DNA from: Armatimonadota bacterium
Lineage (GTDB): Bacteria; Armatimonadota; SYMT01
Direction of reading: 5' to 3'
DNA length: 64,000 bases
NCBI GenBank assembly: GCA_041690135.1
Contig: JAWLHY010000015.1
Span: forward strand, 143,820-207,819
In this document: positions 9,607 to 19,328 of the stretch, one piece after another
Position numbering within the stretch: the stretch's first letter is position 1
Layout: the number at the start of each line of letters is the position of its first letter
The notes under the pieces: model-generated
Seen by the model: only the letters and a program-made list of their open reading frames with translations
What the model was told of the DNA's origin: nothing
Database searches by the model: none
Translations under genes and position numbers: made by a program

Positions 9607-10755
9607 CTACGTCCAGGAATTGAGCGGGCTTGCGGCGACCCTGGGCGAGCCGAAGATCACGGCATTGCGCCCCGGGTGGTTCCCCGTGTTGATCCCGGCA
9701 AAGGAATGCCGGGCTGTACACGCGAAACCCGCCGCTGCGGGTTGGGGTGCGGCGGAGTCACGAAGGGTGCTGGGGGTTCGCAGGGGAGAGTTCGTTTCGC
9801 AGTTTTTCGGTAGGGCCGGAGAGACCTGGGGAGATGCGGCGATGGCAGGCTCGGCCGGCGGGGGTAGTGTGCGGCTGGGCCTCCTGCGTTCCGCCGGAGA
9901 GGAGGGGGACTCCTTTTCGGGAGCCGCATTGTCCGGCAGGTGCGCCTGGGTAGGGCGGACGTCTTTGAGGAGGCGGTGGAGGCGGGCGAGCTGGCGGCCG
10001 AGGTGCGCCTCGTAGCGGGTGAGCTTCTCCAGTTCGTCGGCGCCGGGGAGTTGCGCTACCTCCAGCTGATCGCGGAGCCGGGTTTCGACGCGGTGGATCT
10101 CCAGGGAGAGCTGCGCCGCTTCCCGCTCCTGGTGGCGGTGGAGGGCGTGGAAGAGATCTTCCAGCGGCATCTCGCAACGGTCGGCCAGGTCACGGAGCGC
10201 CCGGCGAAGGGTGGCGGCGGTGCCGTGAAAGCGGTCGTCACCCCGGAGCGGCTGGAGGTGGGCTTCCATGCGGTCCCAGTTAGCGCCGGAGAGGGTGCGA
10301 TGGACCGCTTCGTGGGCCCGGCAGATCACCTGCCAGTGCTGCGCCTCGGTCAAGGGGTCCGTGTCGGGGAGATCCCGGAGGGAGCGCAGCCAATCGAGAT
10401 GCTCCAACCGCTCGGCGACGCACTCCTTCGCGTCCGCCAGCGTGAGTTTCCGGCGGCTCACCGTATCCTCCACGCACGGGCTTTCCGCTTCTTCGTGGAG
10501 CTTGCGACGGCGGAGGTTGACGGCGGTCACCTCGGCACGGGCACAGCGAGCGAGGCGCCAGAGCACGGAGGCGATCTGCTCGCCGAGGGTGTGGTCGAGC
10601 ACGCCGACCGCCTGGAGATCGGCGAGAATTCCCTGCCGATGCCGCTCCCAGTCTTCCTGAGTCTCGAGGTCGTCGACGACGACACGCTCGGAGAGTAGCC
10701 CATGCTTGAGGGCGTTCATGGAAGAGCGTTGTTTACCGGTTTCGGTTTTGGACAT
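9607..10755 (-). CDS. Hypothetical protein with N-terminal KT..GK.RSS.NALKHGL motif
   Basis: Motifs KTETGKQRSSMNALKHGL, WRL.R, LTRYEAHL.R; AAGGAG RBS upstream. Confidence 0.8.
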   Translation of the reverse strand: MSKTETGKQRSSMNALKHGLLSERVVVDDLETQEDWERHRQGILADLQAVGVLDHTLGEQIASVLWRLARCARAEVTAVNLRRRKLHEEAESPCVEDTVSRRKLTLADAKECVAERLEHLDWLRSLRDLPDTDPLTEAQHWQVICRAHEAVHRTLSGANWDRMEAHLQPLRGDDRFHGTAATLRRALRDLADRCEMPLEDLFHALHRHQEREAAQLSLEIHRVETRLRDQLEVAQLPGADELEKLTRYEAHLGRQLARLHRLLKDVRPTQAHLPDNAAPEKESPSSPAERRRPSRTLPPPAEPAIAASPQVSPALPKNCETNSPLRTPSTLRDSAAPQPAAAGFACTARHSFAGINTGNHPGRNAVIFGSPRVAASPLNSWT

Positions 10756-10821
10756 GAACTTACTCCTTCGGAGCCACAGATTTCACAGATTGGAAGACCG
10801 GCTGACTGACTTCTGTATTAC

Positions 10822-10851
10822 TAGTATACGCGGGTGGCTGTATACTATCAA
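10822..10851 (-). promoter_or_regulatory. Sigma70-type promoter overlapped by palindromic operator
   Basis: Minus strand TTGATA-17bp-TATACT; inverted repeat TAGTATAC-N10-GTATACTA at 10822-10847. Confidence 0.65.
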
Positions 10852-11354
10852 GCTTTAGTTTGTATTTTTAGGTAGGGCGTTTTGCACAGCCAAGCGGGGA
10901 GAGGCAGGCGTGGGGAGAGCGGTCCGGGGAAGAATGCCGGGCGCGGGGGAGTGGAGGGGGAGTTGCGACCTGCGAGAGTACGGGGCCGGAGGTGCTGACC
11001 AGCGTGACGTCGCCTGCGGGAAGAGAGACGATTCTGAAGTCATCGCCTCCGGTGGCGGATGAGGGGCTGGTGATCGCGTGCCCGGTTCACTCACTCTCAG
11101 TGAGTCGTGTGGGATCCTATCCGTGCCGGTCGGAAGTGCAGTAACCCCATGGCCGGCATTCTCCAGGCTCGTCCGGATGCCGGCAGCACTGGAGCGGGGT
11201 CCCAGGGTCGGATCTCGCCCAACCACAAGGATGTTAGCCATCGTAGATCGATCCCATACGCGTCCAAAGCGGTAACTGGACGGATGAAGCCCGGCCAGTT
11301 GCCTCCTTCAGGCGATTGAACCAGCGGGTTGGTTCGGTGACATCAGGGGCTCTG

Positions 11355-11415
11355 CCGGCGAGGAGGCGTGAGGGAGTTCGGTGCCCCGATATCTCGGGGA
11401 CTCCGGGGCATGGCG
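11355..11415 (+). repeat. Direct repeat copy 1 with palindromic core
   Basis: ccggcgag..gtgccccgatatctcggggactccggg; copy 2 is 531 bp downstream. Confidence 0.85.
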
Positions 11416-11579
11416 CAGGCTTCTGTGCGCGTTGGCGCCGTCAGGTTCAGGTTCCTGGTCTGGTTGGGGCCCATTGGGTGGGTCCAACCAGCAGGGAACG
11501 TGCTGCGTTCACCGGGAGGGAGGAACCTGGCTAATAGGGGCGTGTCTGGCCGGTAAGCGCTGCCTAGGGAGAGAACCTG

Positions 11580-11804
11580 ATGAAGACGGATCGAACGACA
11601 AAGCTCTTACTGCTCGCGATTGCCTCTGCCCTGTGGGTGCAGATCCTGCGACCCGCCTTTGCACCCACACCCGCCACGGCCGAGGCGGGCCCGATACAGG
11701 TTGACATCGTCCGGGTGAAAGGTCAGGATCTGGTCAGCACGGTGGTCCCCGTGGATGGAAGTTCCATCTCCGTGTGGCCTCTCAAGGTCAAAGTAGAGAA
11801 TTGA
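11580..11804 (+). CDS. Small exported/membrane-anchored hypothetical protein
   Basis: MKTDRTTKLLLLAIASALW signal-like N-terminus, GGGAGAG RBS. Confidence 0.7.
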   Translation: MKTDRTTKLLLLAIASALWVQILRPAFAPTPATAEAGPIQVDIVRVKGQDLVSTVVPVDGSSISVWPLKVKVEN

Positions 11805-11885
11805 GGCAGCGACAGCCATTCTCCGATGGCAGACGGGAGCGGAGTCGCCGCGTAGAGGTTGTGTTCCGTAACGCCAGAGACGGAA

Positions 11886-11946
11886 CCGGCGAGGGGGCAA
11901 GAGGAAGCTCAGTGCCCCGATATCTCGGGGACTCCGGGCAGAATGC
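11886..11946 (+). repeat. Direct repeat copy 2 with palindromic core
   Basis: Matches 11355-11415. Confidence 0.85.
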
Positions 11947-12022
11947 AAGACGCAGCCCGAGTTGACGTTGGCGGCTTCGGTGGCCTGAGTTTGGTAAGTC
12001 TCACAACCTCCTGAATGACGCC

Positions 12023-12112
12023 TCCTTATCCTTATCCAGTAAAGAGGGGGCCGTTCCGCCTCACGGAACAGCCCCTCTTTATCCTTATCTTCCCGGGTCC
12101 TTATCTTCGCCG
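12023..12112. repeat. Hairpin plus (CCTTAT)n element; related inverted copy at 54692-54732
   Basis: Stem taaagagggg.cc gttccg / cggaacagcccctcttta at 12040-12081; ctctttatccttatcttcccgggtccttatc is the reverse complement of the 54693 element apart from one hexamer. Confidence 0.75.
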
Positions 12113-12115
12113 GGG

Positions 12116-12829
12116 CTATCTCGTGGCCTGGACTCGCTCCTGGGCACGCTCCACGCGAGCGGCGGAGCTGGGGTGGGTCTGCAGCCAGCTAATGCCGTTG
12201 GCCCCACCGCTCAGGCGGTTCAGGAGTTGGAGCAACCGGACCATTCCCTGCGGATCGTAGCCCGTGCGCCGCATCAGCGCGATTGCGTCGTCGTCCGCCT
12301 CATATTCCTGGCGACGACCGTAGGACAGGAGTTGGATGTTCGCGGCCACCCGACCCGCCGCGCCCACATCGCCTCCGGCGGCCTGCTCCAGTACGGCCGC
12401 GCCCAGGCCATAGATGGAGGAGCGTTCCATCTGCCGGGCCGAGTGCCGGTTGGCCACGTGCGCTACCTCATGGGCCAGCACGCCGGCCAGCATGTCCTCG
12501 TCCCCTCCGATCCGCTGGAGCATGCCCTCATAGATGTAGATCGGCCCGCCCGGCAGCGCCATGGCGTTGATCTCCGGCCGGTCGATCACCTTGAAGCTCC
12601 AGGGCAGGTTCGGACGGGAGCTGGCGGCCGCCAGGCGCTGGCCGATACGGCTCACGGCCGGGTCGTTGTAGGTTCGGTACTGGCGCTCGATCGCCGCCGC
12701 CGTCTGCTGTCCGGCGCGGATCTCTTCACTCTCGCTGACGTCCGTGGCGCCGCAGCCGGCCATCAGCGTCAGGGTTCCCGAAAGCAGCAGGACGCCTGCC
12801 GCGGCTCGGAATGCGCAAACCATCTTCAC
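12116..12829 (-). CDS. M48-family metalloprotease, probable lipoprotein
   Basis: LMAGC lipobox, INAMALPGG, LAHEVAH, E.EAD, THP. Confidence 0.92.
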   Translation of the reverse strand: MKMVCAFRAAAGVLLLSGTLTLMAGCGATDVSESEEIRAGQQTAAAIERQYRTYNDPAVSRIGQRLAAASSRPNLPWSFKVIDRPEINAMALPGGPIYIYEGMLQRIGGDEDMLAGVLAHEVAHVANRHSARQMERSSIYGLGAAVLEQAAGGDVGAAGRVAANIQLLSYGRRQEYEADDDAIALMRRTGYDPQGMVRLLQLLNRLSGGANGISWLQTHPSSAARVERAQERVQATR

Positions 12830-12848
12830 CTCCGTAGTTGTTCCGGAG

Positions 12849-14126
12849 TCAGCGCCGGGGCCGGCGACGGACCGCCTGCTTTACGGCACGCTCCGCAGTT
12901 CGTTCCACCTGGTTCAACAGCGGGAAGAGACGGCCCGGCCCTGATTCTCGCCACAACTGCACGCGGTGATTGATCCGGTCCGTGGCTCCCCAGAGATACT
13001 TGTAGGGTTCGTTCCCGCGCAGGAAGTCGAACTCGACCGCGCCCTGGGCGGCTGCCGCTTCGATGGCGAAGCCGATGAGCAGCGTTCCGGGGCTGGCGTG
13101 CGACAGCTCGGGGTCGAACCCCCCGCCGTAGTAGTACCCCCGGCGCCGGCAGACGAAACAGTAGAGCGCTCCGTGCACCGCCCCTCGCAGGTATAATCCG
13201 TGGAGGTGCAGCCAGCCGCGCCGCTGGAAAGCCGCCGCTGCCTCCGCGTGGAAGGCGCGCACCCGGCGCCCGCCGAACACGCCCGGCAGGCCTCGCTTGC
13301 GCCAGCGGGTACCGTGAAGGCGGAACATCTCCGTGAGGAGGGGGAGGACCTGGTCGGGCCCGGCGGTTTCCAGGCGCAGCTCCCCCAACCGCTCCGCCCG
13401 GCGCCGGTAATAGCGCAGGTTGGAGCGCATCTTCCCCGGCACGAAGGCAAGTGCCTCCCCCGGTGAAGGCTCGAGTGAGAGAACCGGGCAGACTTCCTGG
13501 GCAATCACGGAAGTCTCATGCCAGGGGAGGCCCGCGTGCGGTTGCATTGACAGCTGCGGTGCGCCGGGTAACCTCACCCCCCTCGCCCCTCTCTCCGACG
13601 CAGAGAGGGGGAGCTCACGCGCAAGGCCAGGTAGCGAAACCAGTTCAGCGTTGACGCAAACACGCTCCTGTCCAGGATTGCTCGCACACGTGGGGGCGAG
13701 GTCTCTCTGGGCTCCATAACTATCAACGGTTCCTCCGTGCAGCGTAGATCCTTCTCGAACTTGCTGGAAGTCGCAGAAGTCCCAATCGTTACGCCGGGCT
13801 TCGAGGTATTCCCAGAAGGGAAGAGGGGAGGTGCCGGGCCGGAGGAGCCAGTCCAGGTAGTCTGAGTTTCCGGTCCCCAGCAGGGACACGCCCCGGAGCG
13901 GCAGGCCGTAGTAGTGATGCCGGAAGAGCGGCGCCAGGCCGCACAGCTCTTTCCCTTCGTAGAGGGCCAGAGCCCAGAGGCTTCCTCTTCCCAGGTGGCG
14001 CCACCAGGGGATCAGCCAATCGGGGGACTGGAAGGGCGTCGCGGAGGGGCACTCTTCCCACAGGCGGTCCCACTCCGGCCGGAGTGCCTCCAACTCCGCC
14101 GGGGTGGTGATCTGCTTCAAATGCAT
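12849..14126 (-). CDS. GNAT-family acetyltransferase (CelD/BcsL-like) with internal insertion
   Basis: TPFQSPDW..PWW, SDYLD, SPGTLL, FDFLRG.EPYK; atypical ~70-aa segment mid-protein. Confidence 0.85.
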   Translation of the reverse strand: MHLKQITTPAELEALRPEWDRLWEECPSATPFQSPDWLIPWWRHLGRGSLWALALYEGKELCGLAPLFRHHYYGLPLRGVSLLGTGNSDYLDWLLRPGTSPLPFWEYLEARRNDWDFCDFQQVREGSTLHGGTVDSYGAQRDLAPTCASNPGQERVCVNAELVSLPGLARELPLSASERGARGVRLPGAPQLSMQPHAGLPWHETSVIAQEVCPVLSLEPSPGEALAFVPGKMRSNLRYYRRRAERLGELRLETAGPDQVLPLLTEMFRLHGTRWRKRGLPGVFGGRRVRAFHAEAAAAFQRRGWLHLHGLYLRGAVHGALYCFVCRRRGYYYGGGFDPELSHASPGTLLIGFAIEAAAAQGAVEFDFLRGNEPYKYLWGATDRINHRVQLWRESGPGRLFPLLNQVERTAERAVKQAVRRRPRR

Positions 14127-15097
14127 TCCGATAGGAACGTAGCGCCGAGGACACCGGCATCTTTGCGGAAGTGGGCGGGGAGCACGGGCACGCGCTGGTA
14201 GCCCTTGATGGCGTAGGCGTCGACGGTGGCCTGGATTGTCTTAAAGAGGAGGGGGTTATCCTGGGCGGTACCGCCACCGACCAGGACTTTCTCCGGCGCC
14301 AGGATCTTCACCAGGTTGGCGATGCCGATCCCGACCCAGCGGCCCGTCTCTGATATCACCGCACGCGAGGCTTTGTCACCGACTTCGGCGGCGGCGACCA
14401 CCGCGCGAAAGTCGAAGTTGCCCGGCTCGAGCGCCTCGCCCAAGCGGGCCAGTGCCGAATCCGGATGGCATTGGACCAGGTCGCGGGCTCGGGCGGCGAT
14501 CCCGTCGCGACCCGCCAGGCTCTGCCAGCAGCCGTTCAGGCCGCAGTGGCAGTGAACCGGTCCTTCAACGGCGCCCACGATCTGGTGACCGACCTTGCCG
14601 ACCCGACCCCGCGCGCCGGTGACGAGGCGGCCATCCAGCACGATCCCGCCGCCGATCCCGGTGCCGAGCGTGATCATCGCCAGGTCGCGGCAGCCCCGAC
14701 CGGCGCCCGCGCGCAGTTCCGCGAGGGTGGCGGTGAGGCCGTCGTTCAGGATCGTCGCCGGGACCTGAAACCGCTCCCGAAGTGCGGAAGCCAGCGGAAA
14801 GGCCTCCAGGCCGGGGAAGCGCTTCATGGAGTAGCAGATCCCGTCCCGGAAATCGATGTCGCCGGTGATCCCCATGCCGATTCCGCACAGCCGGGGTGGG
14901 GAACCAGGGCAGCGCGCCAGCAGCCAGTCGGCCATCTCCGCCAGCCGGTCCAGGATCTCGCCGGCCTCCCAGCTTCCGGAGGAGGGAATGCTCGCGACCG
15001 CGAGGAGCGTCTCCTCACCCGACCGGCGCAGGCCGGCGCGAAAGTTGGTACCGCCCAGGTCGGCGCCCAGATATACGCAAGTTCGATCGGCTGGCAC
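14117..15097 (-). CDS. ROK-family sugar kinase
   Basis: DLGGT, ND, TLGTGIGGG, GH...CHCG..GCW. Confidence 0.88.
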   Translation of the reverse strand: MPADRTCVYLGADLGGTNFRAGLRRSGEETLLAVASIPSSGSWEAGEILDRLAEMADWLLARCPGSPPRLCGIGMGITGDIDFRDGICYSMKRFPGLEAFPLASALRERFQVPATILNDGLTATLAELRAGAGRGCRDLAMITLGTGIGGGIVLDGRLVTGARGRVGKVGHQIVGAVEGPVHCHCGLNGCWQSLAGRDGIAARARDLVQCHPDSALARLGEALEPGNFDFRAVVAAAEVGDKASRAVISETGRWVGIGIANLVKILAPEKVLVGGGTAQDNPLLFKTIQATVDAYAIKGYQRVPVLPAHFRKDAGVLGATFLSECI

Positions 15098-15099
15098 GG

Positions 15100-16488
15100 T
15101 TACAGGAGACGCCGCAGGACTTCGCCTTCCGCGATCGGGAAGGGACGCGCGACGCGGTCCATGATTTCCGTGTGCGGGTCGACGCCAAGGCAGTGGAAGA
15201 GCGTGGCAGCGAGATCGCCAGGCGATACGGGATCACTGGCGGGATAAGCGCCGTCCGGAGTGCTGGAGCCGTACACCTGTCCGCCGCGGATACCGCCACC
15301 GGCCAGGAGCACACTGAACACCTGCGGCCAGTGGTCGCGACCCCCGTTCGGGTTGAAGCGGGGAGTGCGCCCGAACTCCCCGGTCACCACTACCAGCGTT
15401 TCGTCCAGCAGGCCGCGGTCGTGGAGATCCGCGAGCAGCGAGGAGACGGCGCGGTCGGTGGGAGGCAGCAACTCATCCTGGCACCAGGGCAGGTGGCGGC
15501 TGTGGGTGTCCCAGCCCTGGCCCCCGGCGCCGCTGTCGTGGCGGACCCAGTTCACGGCCACCAGGCGGACCCCGGCCTCTACCAGACGGCGTGCCATCAG
15601 CACGCTTTGCCCGAAGATGTGCCGCCCGTACCGTTCCCGCGTGGCCGGCGATTCCTGGTCCAGGTCGAAGGCTCGAGCCGCCTCACCGCCCGTGAGGATA
15701 TCGAAGGCCTGGGCGTAGTTCGGCTGGAGACCGATGCCCGCACCGGGTTCCTCTTCCAGGCGGAGGCGCAGGTTCGCCTGCTCCAGCAGCGCGCGGCGGC
15801 GGGTCAAGCGGCCTTCCGTCATACCCTCGATAACTCGCAGCTCTCCGGAGGAGAAATCGGCCTTGTAGGGGTCTCCGTTCACGACCATCGGGTCGTACGC
15901 CGAGCCGAGGAACCCGGCGTGCTGGCCGGCGCGGATGGGACCGTTCGGGTTCATCTGCTCCGGCAGGGTCACAAAAGTTGGGAGCCCTCGCGATTCCGAG
16001 GGGCGCAGCAGCGTCAGGACCGACCCGTAATGGGGATGATCTTCCCGCGACATCGCGGCCGCCCGGGCAGGGGCTCGCGGGTACTTCCGACCCGTGATCA
16101 TCCAGTAGCAGCCCGCCGGGTGCCCTGCGTCCTTATGGTTCATGGAGCGGATCAGCGCGTACTTGTCCGCATGTTTCGCGAGGAGGGGGAGGTGCTCGGA
16201 AATCTCGATGCCGGAAACGTTGGTCCGGATCGGCTTGAAGGTCCCGCGGTATTCCTGCGGCGCCTCCGGCTTCGGATCGAACGTTTCGTACTGGCTCGCG
16301 CCTCCGGAAAGGAACAGGAGGATGCACGACTTTGCCCGGCCCACGGTCCCGCCAGCGGCGGCGGACGGTTTCGCCTGCAGCAGTAGCGGCAGCGAGAGAC
16401 CGAACCCGGCCTCGCCGAACCGGACCAGCATTTCCCGGCGCGTCGCGCGACCCGGTTTCACATTCCTGGAGCAGCCTGTCAGCATCAT
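15100..16488 (-). CDS. DUF1501 domain protein (copy 1)
   Basis: RRE twin-Arg-like start, AKSCILLFLSGGASQ.ETFDPKP, ARRLVEAGV, WDTH, GEFGRTP, RDHW. Confidence 0.92.
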   Translation of the reverse strand: MMLTGCSRNVKPGRATRREMLVRFGEAGFGLSLPLLLQAKPSAAAGGTVGRAKSCILLFLSGGASQYETFDPKPEAPQEYRGTFKPIRTNVSGIEISEHLPLLAKHADKYALIRSMNHKDAGHPAGCYWMITGRKYPRAPARAAAMSREDHPHYGSVLTLLRPSESRGLPTFVTLPEQMNPNGPIRAGQHAGFLGSAYDPMVVNGDPYKADFSSGELRVIEGMTEGRLTRRRALLEQANLRLRLEEEPGAGIGLQPNYAQAFDILTGGEAARAFDLDQESPATRERYGRHIFGQSVLMARRLVEAGVRLVAVNWVRHDSGAGGQGWDTHSRHLPWCQDELLPPTDRAVSSLLADLHDRGLLDETLVVVTGEFGRTPRFNPNGGRDHWPQVFSVLLAGGGIRGGQVYGSSTPDGAYPASDPVSPGDLAATLFHCLGVDPHTEIMDRVARPFPIAEGEVLRRLL

Positions 16489-16549
16489 GGTTCTCCAAAA
16501 CTCGCTACGATCTATGGAGTACCGGCAGCCGCGGAAGTTACGGGTGGAA

Positions 16550-16955
16550 TGACAGGCTGAGGATAAGGATAAGGAGTTCCGGTTCAGGATAAGTTCCCTG
16601 ACCGAGGGGCGGGATGATTATGAAGGGGGTGAGGATAAGGATAAGGAGTTCCGAGTAAGGGCGAGTGCCCTGACCATTGGGGGGCCTGCCCTAGCCCTAC
16701 GCTTCGCCGGGTGTACTTCGCCGGGTAGACTCGCGTCGGGTGATGGGGTGCAGGCGCAGGAAGGCCATGCTTCGGCGCTGCGGCGGTGGGGAGCGGTTTG
16801 GCGCGAGGCTGCCACGTCCGTGTAAGAACAGCTCCCCTGACCAGGGGGCCTGCCGCGTCGGGTAATGGGGTGCAGTTACAAGGCGGCTGTGCTCCGGCAT
16901 TGGGACGGTGGAGGTCTGAGAAGCCGACTGGGTTCTACCTCTCCTCGCAGAGACA
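16550..16955. repeat. Second copy of the AGGATA-hexamer / ~60-bp repeat element
   Basis: gaggataaggataaggagttccg..ccctgacc units, ccctgaccagggggcctgccgcgtcg matching 685-710. Confidence 0.78.
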
Positions 16956-17378
16956 CCGCTTAGCTCATCGAACCCGAAGACGTCTTCGCGTCATTGCGAG
17001 ACCGGCTGTGTCGATCCGTCTGCGAAGGCTGCCCACTTGATTACAGCACGGTATCACACGGACGCCGCCGCAAAGCCGGTCGTGGCAATCCCCCTGGTAA
17101 GTGGACTTGGCGGTTGAACACGGGTCTTGCTGCCCCATACGCAGACGCCACTCCTGAGTCCCGAGCGTTATGGAGTTGCTGCCGCTCGTCCTCTGTATTT
17201 GCACTCGTCCGGCCGCGTGCCCCTTCATTCCCTACTGGCCCTCTCCCACCGTGTGGAGTCCCGTATGCCGCTTCACTGGCATCCGTTCGGCTTCCGTCAT
17301 CAGAGAAACGCAAAGTCTCCAGGTGGATAAGGGATGCCTGTTTAGGGTACGCTTTCTAAGCGAAGGAAGCTGTAAGCG

Positions 17379-19193
17379 GTGGGAGGTCGGGCCACGGTGG
17401 GTAGACTTCAACGGATTTCCGGGACCAAACGCGCCTTGACGGGCGCCCTGACGCTCGCGGCGCTGACCGGGATTGGGCTCACTCCTCACCTTTCCTCCGC
17501 GGTGGCCGATCAGGTGCTCCCCAAGCCGTCGCTTCCCTCCGCCACCCGGGGGCCGCTGGCTATCGCCTTTACCCCCGGCGGCGAGCGCGCCGTGGTGACG
17601 GAGGGGGACGAGGGAACCGTCGCCCTGGTGGACACCCGCTCCGGGCAGGTAACGGGACGCATCCCCACGGGCGGCGAGCAGCCCTGGGGGATCGCCGTCG
17701 CTTCGAACGAGACCGCCGTCGTCGCCAACACGTTTTCGGGCTCGGTCGCCCTTCTGGACCTCCAGAAGCAGGAACGCCGGCATCTCGTGCCGCTACGCGG
17801 CGAACCCACGGAAGTGGTTCTCGACAAGAAGCGAGAGCGCGCTTTCGTTTCCCTGGCCCAGTTAGACCAGGTGGCGGTGCTGGAGCTACCCACCCTGCGC
17901 GAGCTCAAGCGGGTCTCCGTGGGACGTCGCCCCCGCGCGATGGCCTTGACCCCCGACGGTTCGACCCTGCTCGTCGCCAACTTGCAGGGGGGCGATGTCA
18001 GCCTGGTGGATACGGCCGGACTCCAGGAGACCCGCCGGATTGCGGTAACAGGGATCAACCTGCGCGGCATCGGCGTCACCGACGACGGAATGCGGGCCTA
18101 CGTCACGGGCCAGATTGCGGCCAACACCCGCGTGACCCGCGAGACGCTGGACATCTGGACCAATACCGTCTTCTCCCTCGATTTGCGTCCGGATGCCCGC
18201 TCCGACAGCGCGGAGGGCTGGATCGACTTCAGCCTGGCCTCTTCCCCGGATCCGGACGGCATCGTGGTGCTCGGCAAAGAGAAGGTCGCGGTCGCCCTCT
18301 CGGGTTCCGACCAGGCCCTGCTGGTACGCACGCCCGGCCCGCACCTCCGCAGCTACGATCCGGTCATCGAGCGGCGGGCAACGGTGGGAGCGCGGCCCCG
18401 CGGAATCGTCGCCACACCGGACCGGAAACAACTCTGGATCGCCAACCAACTTGACAGCACGATCTCGGTGCTGGATGCCGCCACCATGGCGCCCATCCGC
18501 CGCATTGCGTTGGGAATTCCGAAGCGGATGGATGCCCGCCTCAAGGGACGCTACCTCTTCGGCAACGCCTCCCTGACCGCCGGGCGACAGTTTAGCTGCA
18601 ACTCCTGCCATCCGGACGGAAACACCGACGGACTCGCCTGGGAGTTCATCCACGTACCGGACCGCTTCGAAAAGCGAAACACCCGCAACCTGCGGGGCGG
18701 CATTGTCAACACCGCGCCCTTCCGGTGGTCCGGCCACAACAAGGACATCGAGGAATTCGTCCAGGAGGAGATCACCGGCCTGCTCAAGGGACCGCCCGCG
18801 GACCACGGCACCCTGCACGCCTTCTGGAACCTGGTGGGCCAGTTCCCGATGCCTCCCAACCCCTACCGCACGCTGGAAGGGGAACTCACCCCCCAGGCCA
18901 GACGCGGACAGGCACTGTTCACGGGAAAGGCGGGCTGCTCCAGTTGTCACACCGGGGAACTGTACGGCGGCACCGGTCTAACCGGCTGGGTCGGCACCAC
19001 GGATGACCGTCTTGAGGTCGACGTGCCGCACCTGCACGGCGTTTACGATTCCGCGCCGTATCTCCACGACGGCCGGGCGAAGACCCTGGAGGAGATCTTC
19101 AGCCGGTACAATTCGGAACAGAAACACGGAAAGGCCCACGAACTCTCCCAGGAAGAGCTGGCGGACCTTCTGCGGTATGTGCGAGAGCTCTAG
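17379..19193 (+). CDS. Exported YVTN beta-propeller plus di-heme cytochrome c protein
   Basis: Repeated VG.RPR..A.TPDG blades; two CxxCH (CNSCH, CSSCH); SAPYLHDG as in cytochrome c peroxidase-like domains; start uncertain. Confidence 0.85.
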   Translation: MGGRATVGRLQRISGTKRALTGALTLAALTGIGLTPHLSSAVADQVLPKPSLPSATRGPLAIAFTPGGERAVVTEGDEGTVALVDTRSGQVTGRIPTGGEQPWGIAVASNETAVVANTFSGSVALLDLQKQERRHLVPLRGEPTEVVLDKKRERAFVSLAQLDQVAVLELPTLRELKRVSVGRRPRAMALTPDGSTLLVANLQGGDVSLVDTAGLQETRRIAVTGINLRGIGVTDDGMRAYVTGQIAANTRVTRETLDIWTNTVFSLDLRPDARSDSAEGWIDFSLASSPDPDGIVVLGKEKVAVALSGSDQALLVRTPGPHLRSYDPVIERRATVGARPRGIVATPDRKQLWIANQLDSTISVLDAATMAPIRRIALGIPKRMDARLKGRYLFGNASLTAGRQFSCNSCHPDGNTDGLAWEFIHVPDRFEKRNTRNLRGGIVNTAPFRWSGHNKDIEEFVQEEITGLLKGPPADHGTLHAFWNLVGQFPMPPNPYRTLEGELTPQARRGQALFTGKAGCSSCHTGELYGGTGLTGWVGTTDDRLEVDVPHLHGVYDSAPYLHDGRAKTLEEIFSRYNSEQKHGKAHELSQEELADLLRYVREL

Positions 19194-19328
19194 ACGCTAT
19201 TCGCCGGTCGCGTCTTCCGCGAGGAATAGGTGAGTGGAGGAATGGGGGAACGATCGCCATGGGCACCCCCATTCTTCCATTCTTCGCTGGACTCATTCGA
19301 CCGGCCCCTCGGGGACCGGCGTGCCCCA

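Noticed and set aside
10855-11241. Response-regulator receiver gene (MANILVV...LE.AGH.V)
   Set aside because: Only the first ~40 aa resemble a receiver; acidic pocket and phospho-Asp not recognisable; at most a relic
16960-17370. Coding gene in the lower-GC gap
   Set aside because: No frame gives a recognisable protein or typical codon bias
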